A model generated the notes under the pieces. That model had not been told where the DNA came from and did no database searches. It saw nothing but the letters and a program-made list of their open reading frames with translations. Positions 9,856 to 17,385 of a DNA stretch of 64,000 bases are shown piece after piece; the first letter of the stretch is position 1, and each line of letters starts with the position of its first letter. Origin of the DNA: an uncultured Acidimicrobiales bacterium (GTDB lineage: Bacteria > Actinomycetota > Acidimicrobiia > Acidimicrobiales > SZUA-35); the NCBI GenBank assembly GCA_938029215.1, contig CALHFG010000015.1, positions 14,393-78,392 on the forward strand. The letters run 5' to 3'. The translations under genes were made by a program, and so were the position numbers.

Positions 9856-10665
9856 CTACCGGTAAAGCCGAATCCGACCCTTTTCGATATCACTTCGGGC
9901 CGTCTCGTATCCTTCGTCGCCAGGAACGACCGCTCGGTATTCGGTCTCATGGTCCCGGATTCGGATCGTTTGGTACTCGCGGCGTTCCGCGGCGACCGCC
10001 ATCACCTGATCGGCTGAATCGAATGTGCTCAACGAGTCAAGCATTCGAACCGTCGGGGAGATCATGTTGAACTCGCCTCTCGACCAGCGTTCGAGCGCCT
10101 CGGCGGGTCGGATCCAGTCGTTGTCAACGACTTCGCCTCCATCGTGGACAGGTTGCTGTCCTTGGGGCATGCGGGCGACAAAGAAACGGGCATCGAATCG
10201 GCGTGGTGGTCCGAGAGGGGTGACAAACTGCGCCACTTCTTGGATAAGCGAACAATCGAAACGAAGATCATGCTCGGTAACTATGGATGGAAAACTCCGG
10301 GCATCTCGGCGAACTCGAGCCGCCAGTGCTGGCACATCAATGCCGTCGGTTTCGCCGAGCAGCAACCCTGCCTCTTCGAGAGTCTCTCGTACGACCGCAA
10401 CCCACCACGCCAATCCGCCGCTTGGAAGTTCCAGTCGGTCTGAGGCAGAGGTGTCGTCGAGGTGCTGGCACGCAGCAAACAGGCGGGGATCGTGGTCTTC
10501 GGGGTCGACACGGCCACCGGGAAACACCCATGCGTCAGGGGCGAACGCTACTCGACCGGTGCGCTTCACCATGAGGACTTGCAGGTCGGGTCGGTCATCG
10601 ACCAGCAGCACCGTTGAGGCGGGCGAAATGGGCACCGAATGAACACTGAACTCATCGGCTACCAC
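9856..10665 (-). CDS. NUDIX hydrolase
   Basis: Nudix-box elements are FPGGRVDPEDH...VAVVRETLEEAGLLL. GTG start. Confidence 0.75.
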   Translation of the reverse strand: MVADEFSVHSVPISPASTVLLVDDRPDLQVLMVKRTGRVAFAPDAWVFPGGRVDPEDHDPRLFAACQHLDDTSASDRLELPSGGLAWWVAVVRETLEEAGLLLGETDGIDVPALAARVRRDARSFPSIVTEHDLRFDCSLIQEVAQFVTPLGPPRRFDARFFVARMPQGQQPVHDGGEVVDNDWIRPAEALERWSRGEFNMISPTVRMLDSLSTFDSADQVMAVAAERREYQTIRIRDHETEYRAVVPGDEGYETARSDIEKGRIRLYR

Positions 10666-10946
10666 CAGGTGAGCCTAACGTCGGTTCTCGGGCAGGAAGA
10701 AATGCTCTGTTTGAGTGACTAACTCTCACCTAGAGTGGTCGGATACCCGGGATGCCGCCGGGTTATCTGCACAGTCCCGGCTTGGAACGACGACAGCTTC
10801 TCTCTTGTAGAACTGGATGGTCTTTCTCGATGGGTGCGAGACCGCGCCGTCTGGCGTTGGCGTCACTTTTCCGAGTCGGGACTGGGCAGAACAAGCCTCG
10901 GCTCAGCTGCGGGCTGGCACCACGAGAGGCGAGCAAACCGCAGTGT

Positions 10947-11588
10947 CTACGGAGCGGTTGCGTTGATTCGCATGAGCATCGTGGCCGAGTCGATCGAGCG
11001 GGCGGCTAGTTCATCCCATGCGGTGTTGCCGGGCGCTCCGGGAAGAATGTCGCTGCTGCGATCGAGCGCGTAGAGCCGGAATTGAAGGTCTCGTCGGCCC
11101 GTGTTGAAGGACTCGAGGCAGGGGTTGCCCCAGCCCGGTTGGCCATAGTCGTTGAGGGTTTCGAAGGCCCCTGGTGGGAGATCTCCTTGGGCTAGTGACC
11201 CACTGGCCGGGTTGAGCCCGGCCATGAGCCATAGCAGGAGTGGATTCTCTGGATCGGTTTGGTCGCTCAGCGTGATCCCGAGCTCGATGGTGTCTTCGGG
11301 GAGGTTATTCCACTCAAAGCCTGGATGCAGGTTGGTTCCGGAGATGCAGGTGGCCGAGGCGGGTGCGTCGGCTCCTGCGACGAAGTCGGGTGAGGTGAGT
11401 TCCATCCCGTCGATCCCCAGGGACTGGTCCGGCGCAGATGTGGGTGGCAGCGGTCTGGTGGTGGTGGTTTGCCAGGGGAGAGGGTCGGCTAGTTCCTTGC
11501 CGTCGCTGGCGCACGATGACGCTGCGAGGACCAGCGCAAACAGACCGACTCGAATTGCTCGCTTCTTCCTGCCACGACCTGCGCTCAT
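10947..11588 (-). CDS. PEBP/YbhB-like lipoprotein (divergent)
   Basis: Starting at ATG 11588 gives MSAGRGRKKRAIRVGLFALVLAASSCAS, a lipobox-like LAASSC. The body shows the PEBP pattern (SPDF..., FEWNNLP, DPENP, GNPC, FRLYALD). The usual conserved His positions appear to be replaced. Confidence 0.55.
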   Translation of the reverse strand: MSAGRGRKKRAIRVGLFALVLAASSCASDGKELADPLPWQTTTTRPLPPTSAPDQSLGIDGMELTSPDFVAGADAPASATCISGTNLHPGFEWNNLPEDTIELGITLSDQTDPENPLLLWLMAGLNPASGSLAQGDLPPGAFETLNDYGQPGWGNPCLESFNTGRRDLQFRLYALDRSSDILPGAPGNTAWDELAARSIDSATMLMRINATAP

Positions 11589-11706
11589 CGGCTTTGAGAG
11601 TAGTGCGTCCGGTCGTGCCGCCGGTGCCGCTCGGGTCGACCTTCGCGGGTCGAAGCGGCAGCTCAGAGCACAAACGTCTGTTGAGGCGGCACTAGGCTCG
11701 GCGACT

Positions 11707-12978
11707 GTGCCTACCCGTCGCTTGAGGTCGGTGGGGCGGGTCCGCCTCACGGTTCCCCGACTTCGTTGGCGACCCCTGGGCGGAATCCTCGGACCGGCGA
11801 AGGGTGATGCGGGTCAGAGTCTTGCCGCATTGGCCTTCAGTGCCGTGACCAGTGTTGTTGCGGGGCTCACCCTGGCGTCGCAGGAGGACCAATTCATCGC
11901 ACTACCTGGCCTTCTTCTGTTCATTCCGCCCGCTATCGGTCTGCGCGGAAACGTGTTCGGTCCGCTTGGTAGCCGCCTATCGACGAACATACAGATGGGC
12001 ACGTTCTCTTGGACGTGGAAGCTCGACTCGGTCTTGGGTCAGAATCTTGTGGCGGTTCTTATCAACTCTCTCGCTGCCAGTTTGGGGATCTCGGTTTTGG
12101 CCGAGGTTCTGGCGTTGTTCTTGCGAAACGGAGCTGTGCCGCCAATCGGATTCAGCGACTTCGTCGTAGCTGGGGTTCTGGGCGGAATATTGGCGTCGAT
12201 CGTGGTCCTTGGCTTCACGCTGGCGCTCACGTTTGCTGCGGTGCGCCTGGATTTGGATTTGGACAATGTGGTTGCACCCATGGTCACCGCAGCTGGCGAT
12301 CTCATCACGTTGCCCGCACTGGTGATCTCGCTTGTTCTCGTTCGGCGTGGCGACACCACGCTGGTGACAGCAACGGTGCTGACGGCCATCACGCTTGTCC
12401 TCACGCTTTGGCTGGTTCGCTCCAACTTGAAGATGGCGCAACGCATCGTGGTTGAATCGTTGCCGGTTCTTCTTGTTGCCGGTGCCCTCAGTCTGGTGGC
12501 CGGCGTTGCGATCGAAGCATCTGAGAGCCGTCTCAGCTGGGTGCTGCTTGTCTTACTACCCGGCTACCTCGGCACTGCTGGTGCTCTCGGCGGGATTCTG
12601 GCGAACCGGCTTTCGACCAAGGTTCACTTGGGAATCGTGCAGTTCAGCATCGTCCCATCGGCTGAGGCTCGCAGCGATATGGCGTTCACGGCGGCTCTGG
12701 CGACCCCGATCTTTGCATTGCTGGCAGTCATTGCGCAGCTCACCGCGGTGGTGGCAGACCAGCAGACCCCGGGACTGTTGATGTTGCTCGCGGTGGCGAT
12801 CACCGGCGGGCTGGCGGCCACCGTTTTCGTTCTTGCCATCGCCTACTACGGCACGTTGGCAACAGTCAGGTTCGGACTGGATCCTGACAACACCGGGATA
12901 CCACTCGCTACCGCGGCACTCGACGTCGTTGGCGCATTGTCGTTGGTGGCGGCTGTCGTCGTCTGGCAGGTGGCGTGA
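11707..12978 (+). CDS. MgtE-type divalent-cation transporter, membrane domains only
   Basis: The duplicated MgtE transmembrane-domain pattern is present (PGLLLFIPPAIGLRGNVFGPLGSRLST... and LVLLPGYLGTAGALGGILANRLSTKVHLG). The start is uncertain (GTG 11707/11731 or TTG 11722). The track start 11152 is antisense to the PEBP gene. Confidence 0.7.
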   Translation: MPTRRLRSVGRVRLTVPRLRWRPLGGILGPAKGDAGQSLAALAFSAVTSVVAGLTLASQEDQFIALPGLLLFIPPAIGLRGNVFGPLGSRLSTNIQMGTFSWTWKLDSVLGQNLVAVLINSLAASLGISVLAEVLALFLRNGAVPPIGFSDFVVAGVLGGILASIVVLGFTLALTFAAVRLDLDLDNVVAPMVTAAGDLITLPALVISLVLVRRGDTTLVTATVLTAITLVLTLWLVRSNLKMAQRIVVESLPVLLVAGALSLVAGVAIEASESRLSWVLLVLLPGYLGTAGALGGILANRLSTKVHLGIVQFSIVPSAEARSDMAFTAALATPIFALLAVIAQLTAVVADQQTPGLLMLLAVAITGGLAATVFVLAIAYYGTLATVRFGLDPDNTGIPLATAALDVVGALSLVAAVVVWQVA

Positions 12979-13060
12979 TGACCCGAACGAGTGATAGCAC
13001 TAGACAACGGTCTGGCAGCCGACCACGGCTCCAGCCCCTTAAGAGAAGGCATACGCCCTG

Positions 13061-14278
13061 ATGGACAGCCGTAACATGCGAACAATGCTCGCTGAGGCAA
13101 AAGACACCAGCGAGTTGATGGTCGACCTGGCCTACGCGGCCCTGTACTTCAACGATCCCGACATGGCCGACGAGGTCGCAAGTCTGGAAGCGAAGCTCAA
13201 CCAGCTTGTCTACGACATGAGAGCGCTTTGCATCGTGGCGGTGCGCCACCCGAAAGAGGCTGAGTCCATGGCGGCGGTGCTACAGGTGGTCGCAGCGGTG
13301 GAGCGCATTGGTGACGACGCGGTCGATATCACCCGAATCGTGACGCGAAAGCTGGGTATCCCAAACGAGCTACTTCAGGATTTGGCTGCAGCGGAAGAAG
13401 TAAGCCATCGGCTGGTGATCCAGCCGGGCTCTGCGTTTGCAAACAAGCCGCTGCGAGCCTTCGAGCTCACCACCACCGTCGGCATGCGGGTGATGGCAAT
13501 CCGGCGCGAACGAGATTGGATCGTGGACCCCAAGGGCGACTTCATGTTGGGCGCTGACGACGTGTTGATCTTCCGTGGGTCCCCCGACGCAATTCCCAAA
13601 CTTCGCGAGCTTGCGGGCGAGCCCGAGTGGCGAGCACCCGAGGTCGACGACGGTACGGCAATAACCGACCTCGATCGTGCGATCGACACGCTCGTTGAGA
13701 TGAAGGACCTCAGCGAGGTTGCTGTCGGCCTCGCCTATAGCACCCTGGTTTTGCAGGACCGAAGTCTGGCCGCCGAGGTTCGACACCTCGAAGATCGGCT
13801 CGATGAGATGAACAACCGGCTCGAACTTTGGGTGCTCCGGGCCGCTGGCGACTATGCCGGGGACCCGGCGCAACTTCGAGGCTTGCTGCAGTTGGGTCGC
13901 GCCGCGGAAGACATCGGTGACCAGGCGCAGCAAATGGTGTGGTTGGTGGAGAAATCAACCGATCTCCATCCGGTGCTGGGAATGGCGCTTGGCGACGCCG
14001 ACGAGGTGTTTCTCCGGTTGCCGATCGGGAGCGGAAGCCAGATGGATGGTGCCTCATTGGCCTCCCTCGCCCTCCCGGTGGAGCCGGGCTATGCGGTGCT
14101 CGCTATCGAACGTGATGATCGATATCAGTACCGGCCGCGTGGGGTCGCAAAGCTCCAGGCGGGGGACCACATCCTGGCCACCGGCCCCGACGAAGGCCAG
14201 GAGGCGTTGGCCGAGATGGCCGGATGGCGACTGGTCGAAGACGAGGACACCGGCGAGATCGAGCTTGAGGTGCTCTAA
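13061..14278 (+). CDS. PhoU-like + TrkA-C (RCK_C) domain regulatory protein
   Basis: There are two PhoU-like helical repeats (DLAYAALYFND...VERIGDDAVDI and VGLAYSTLVLQD...AAEDIGDQAQ). Each is followed by a TrkA-C-like beta domain. This is the typical partner of domain-less MgtE-type channels. Confidence 0.7.
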   Translation: MDSRNMRTMLAEAKDTSELMVDLAYAALYFNDPDMADEVASLEAKLNQLVYDMRALCIVAVRHPKEAESMAAVLQVVAAVERIGDDAVDITRIVTRKLGIPNELLQDLAAAEEVSHRLVIQPGSAFANKPLRAFELTTTVGMRVMAIRRERDWIVDPKGDFMLGADDVLIFRGSPDAIPKLRELAGEPEWRAPEVDDGTAITDLDRAIDTLVEMKDLSEVAVGLAYSTLVLQDRSLAAEVRHLEDRLDEMNNRLELWVLRAAGDYAGDPAQLRGLLQLGRAAEDIGDQAQQMVWLVEKSTDLHPVLGMALGDADEVFLRLPIGSGSQMDGASLASLALPVEPGYAVLAIERDDRYQYRPRGVAKLQAGDHILATGPDEGQEALAEMAGWRLVEDEDTGEIELEVL

Positions 14279-14350
14279 CGGTCGTGAGCGGCTTGGGTCA
14301 AAAGCGCAAAGAGCGCCCAGTCAAAACGACTGAGCGCTCAGCTGCGAGAA

Positions 14351-15496
14351 TTAGCCCCTTGGCGGGGGAGGGGTCATTCGCGGCGCAGGAGGCACGTTTG
14401 AGGTGTCCAAGACCATTTCGGGTTCGGCGGCCGGCGCCGCCGCTACCGCGGCTTTCGCTGCCTGGGTCACCGAGGAGCTGATCTCGGCTGCCTTCGGTGC
14501 CTCGGGTAACGGCTTTGCTGTCCTTTGGGCAGTAGCGGCCGGTTTTGGCTCTGAAGCGGCTTCGCGAACCATTTCGCTGATGCCGCCGATGGCTCCCATC
14601 GCCGAACTCATGTCAGCGGGCAGGAAGATCTTTGTCGCCTGTCCGTTAGCCATTTGAGCCATGGTCTCCAGATACTTGATCGCGATCACCCGATCGTCGG
14701 TGCCAGCTTCCTGAATTGCTCGGTAGACCCGATCGATGGCGTCAGCTTCACCTTCGGCGACCACGCTCTGGCGGTACCGCTCTGCTTCGGCTCGTAGTCG
14801 GGTTGCCTCGGCTTCACCTTGCGCATTGAGGATGTCCTTTTGGCGACGACCTTCGGCCGAGAGGATGGCCGCGGTCTTCTCGCCTTCGGCCCGGGTAACG
14901 GCAGCCTCGCGGGAGCCTTCGGCTTCGGTGACGACGGCACGACGGGTTCGTTCCGCTTTCATCTGCTCGTGCATTGCATGCATGACGTCGGCTGGCGGAT
15001 CGATTCGTTGGATTTCCACTCGGACGACTCGAACGCCCCACTTGTCGGTGGCATCGTCGAGTATCTGGCGCAGGGCTCCGTTCACTCGCTCACGAGAAGT
15101 AAAGGCCTCATCCAAAGTCATCTCGCCGATGACGTTTCGAAGGTTGGTTTGAGCCAGTTTGGTGACAGCGAGCTGGAAGTTACTGATGTTGTACAGCAGC
15201 CGTTGTGGATCGGTGGGCTCGAAGTAGACAACGGCATCGACTGCCGCGGTCACATTGTCCTGGGTGATTACTTCCTGCGGTGGGACATCGATGACCTGTT
15301 CGCGCATGTCGACTGCTCGTAGCCGGTCCACAAAGGGAACGATGATCCGAAGACCGGGATCTACGGTTTCTTTGTACTTGCCGAGGCGTTCGACGACGCC
15401 CTTTTGGTAAGGCTGAACAATCCGGACACCGGTCGCCACGATCACCAGTCCGATCAGTCCAATGAGTACTGCAAGGCCAATCAGAATCTCAAGCAT
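14351..15496 (-). CDS. SPFH/band-7 (stomatin-like) protein
   Basis: There is an N-terminal TM helix. The SPFH core is [15 protein letters not shown]...TQDNV...[13 protein letters not shown]. An Ala/Glu-rich coiled coil follows. Confidence 0.9.
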   Translation of the reverse strand: MLEILIGLAVLIGLIGLVIVATGVRIVQPYQKGVVERLGKYKETVDPGLRIIVPFVDRLRAVDMREQVIDVPPQEVITQDNVTAAVDAVVYFEPTDPQRLLYNISNFQLAVTKLAQTNLRNVIGEMTLDEAFTSRERVNGALRQILDDATDKWGVRVVRVEIQRIDPPADVMHAMHEQMKAERTRRAVVTEAEGSREAAVTRAEGEKTAAILSAEGRRQKDILNAQGEAEATRLRAEAERYRQSVVAEGEADAIDRVYRAIQEAGTDDRVIAIKYLETMAQMANGQATKIFLPADMSSAMGAIGGISEMVREAASEPKPAATAQRTAKPLPEAPKAAEISSSVTQAAKAAVAAAPAAEPEMVLDTSNVPPAPRMTPPPPRG

Positions 15497-15588
15497 GTTG
15501 CTCTTTCCTTTCGCGTGCTATTGACGCTAGTTGACTAAAGAACGTGCAGGTAGGGGTATCGGTTCCATTGTGTCGAACGACTTTTGCG

Positions 15589-16071
15589 CTACTGGCCCAG
15601 TTCTTTCATGGATTCGGTGTAGTAGTCGGGCTGCACCACGACGCGATTGCCGACCACTTCGAGAATCTTCACTGCAGCACCCGCTTCAAGCGAATTGCCG
15701 TCCTCGGTGACCGCGGTCCACACCTCGCCACCGACCTTTACCTGGCCGGTAGATTCTCCGGTCCCAATGGCTCGTATCACGGTGGCCTGATGTCCGACGA
15801 GACGGTTGGCGCCGAACCCTTTGGGGTTCGGGAGATCAATGTCGAGCTTGTTGATGAGCGGCTTCATCAGATAGAACCCGGCGCCGGACACGATGACGAA
15901 CACCAAGAGGCTGATCAACAACGAGACTCCAGCGAAACTGGCAACCGAAGCGGCGACCGCTCCAGCGGCCAGCGGCAGCAGGAAGATCGTTCCGGTGATC
16001 AGTAGTTCGCCGAAACCGAAGCCGGCGGCAGCAACTAGCCAGAGAATGGCCCAGAGCGTCGAGCTTTCCAT
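15589..16071 (-). CDS. NfeD family membrane protein
   Basis: It has hydrophobic N-terminal helices plus a C-terminal OB-like NfeD domain (GHQATVIRAIGTGESTGQVKVGGEVWTAV). It sits directly upstream of the stomatin gene, the classic nfeD-stomatin operon. Confidence 0.8.
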   Translation of the reverse strand: MESSTLWAILWLVAAAGFGFGELLITGTIFLLPLAAGAVAASVASFAGVSLLISLLVFVIVSGAGFYLMKPLINKLDIDLPNPKGFGANRLVGHQATVIRAIGTGESTGQVKVGGEVWTAVTEDGNSLEAGAAVKILEVVGNRVVVQPDYYTESMKELGQ

Positions 16072-16199
16072 CAACTAACTGTAGTTCAAACACGAGGAGC
16101 CGAGTACCGCAGTGCTGTGGCGACCCGCTGGCGCGCCGCAAAACAAACTGGCTTTCCCAGGGTGGGCGAGCAGCAGATCAGCGTCGGTATCCTCACCGG

Positions 16200-17060
16200 G
16201 TGGCCCGATTGATGTGTATTCACGCTCACCCCGACGACGAAGCGTCCAAGGGCGCCCCCACGATCGCGAAGTACGTGTCCCTTGGGCATGAGGCCAGCCT
16301 GGTTTGCGCTACGGGCGGTGAGGAAGGCGACATCCTTAACCCGGCCATGGACCGAGACGAAGTTCGTGACAATCTGCACGAAGTACGAAAGGCTGAGCTG
16401 GCCGAGTCGGTGAAGGCGATCGGGTACAACGAGTGTGTGATGCTTGGCTATCGCGACTCCGGCATGCCTGAAAGCGAGGCGAATTTCCGGAGCGACTGTT
16501 TCGCCAAAGCCGATTTCGATGAAGCTGTCGGACGGTTCGTGGCGGAGATTCGCCGATTCCGGCCACACGTGATCATTACCTACGCCGACGATCAGCAGGG
16601 GTACCAGCATCCGGATCATCTGATGGTGCACGACATTTCCATTCCTGCCTTCGATCGAGCTGGGGATCCCGCCTGGTATCCAGAAGCCGGAGAACCATGG
16701 AAGCCGTTGAAGCTGTATTACTCGATGTGGACAAGAGCCCGCCTCAACGCGTGGCAGGCTAAGTACGACGAGCTAGGGCTGGAAAGTCCCTACGATGAGC
16801 GGTGGTGGGAGCGCCCCGACATGGATGGCCGCATCTCTACCCAGTTCAACATCGCGGGGTTTTACGATGTCCGGTCCAAGGCGCTCCTCGCCCACGCAAC
16901 CCAGATCGACCCGGCAGAGAAGTTCTGGTTCGGTCTTCCCGATGAGCATTCCGAGGCGGCCTATCCCTATGAGGACTACATCTTGGCTCTGTCCCGGGTG
17001 CCGTCGGGACAGCATGAAACCGATCTACTCGAGGGCGTGGAAGCCGGGAGCCAAATGTGA
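16200..17060 (+). CDS. mca: mycothiol S-conjugate amidase (LmbE/PIG-L deacetylase family)
   Basis: The blocks LMCIHAHPDDEASKGA, GGEEGDILNP, GYRDSGMP, HPDH and AHATQIDP match Mca as I recall it from mycobacteria. Its paralogue MshB cannot be fully excluded. Confidence 0.8.
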   Translation: MARLMCIHAHPDDEASKGAPTIAKYVSLGHEASLVCATGGEEGDILNPAMDRDEVRDNLHEVRKAELAESVKAIGYNECVMLGYRDSGMPESEANFRSDCFAKADFDEAVGRFVAEIRRFRPHVIITYADDQQGYQHPDHLMVHDISIPAFDRAGDPAWYPEAGEPWKPLKLYYSMWTRARLNAWQAKYDELGLESPYDERWWERPDMDGRISTQFNIAGFYDVRSKALLAHATQIDPAEKFWFGLPDEHSEAAYPYEDYILALSRVPSGQHETDLLEGVEAGSQM

Positions 17061-17380
17061 GCTTTGATCAGGCGTGGCTCGATCAGGCCGTTGCCGCTCT
17101 CGCTGATCGGCCCGCGACCGGTCTTCATGGGACCGCCGACCTGCTTATTGGCAAGACCGTACAGATCTCGCTCCGAGTTGAAGATGGGCGAATTGTTGGC
17201 CCTGCGAGCGGTACCGCGGAGTGTCAGTTTCCCTTCACCAAGGTGCAAGCTGAGAGTTTCACGGCTGGCGAAATGAAACTGGCGGTCAACTACATGCGCG
17301 GCGACCTTAAGCCCACGGGCTCTACGGCTGCCATTTTGGCCACTATCGACGCAATGGACGCGCTAGCCCACCACGAGTGA
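17057..17380 (+). CDS. SCP2/sterol-carrier-like small protein
   Basis: The protein is 107 aa. Its start overlaps the mca stop (GTGA). The C-terminal FTAGEMKLAVNYMRGDLKPTGS resembles the SCP2 fold signature. Confidence 0.45.
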   Translation: MSFDQAWLDQAVAALADRPATGLHGTADLLIGKTVQISLRVEDGRIVGPASGTAECQFPFTKVQAESFTAGEMKLAVNYMRGDLKPTGSTAAILATIDAMDALAHHE

Positions 17381-17385
17381 CCGAA

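Noticed and set aside
11152-11706. N-terminal extension of the MgtE-like ORF
   Set aside because: It is antisense to the PEBP-like lipoprotein gene and has an Arg/Ser/Gly-rich composition. The transporter homology only starts after about 11750.
14279-14350. 12-bp palindrome CTGAGCGCTCAG as a terminator between convergent genes
   Set aside because: It has no loop and no U-tract. It is too weak to call as a feature, although it may still contribute to termination.
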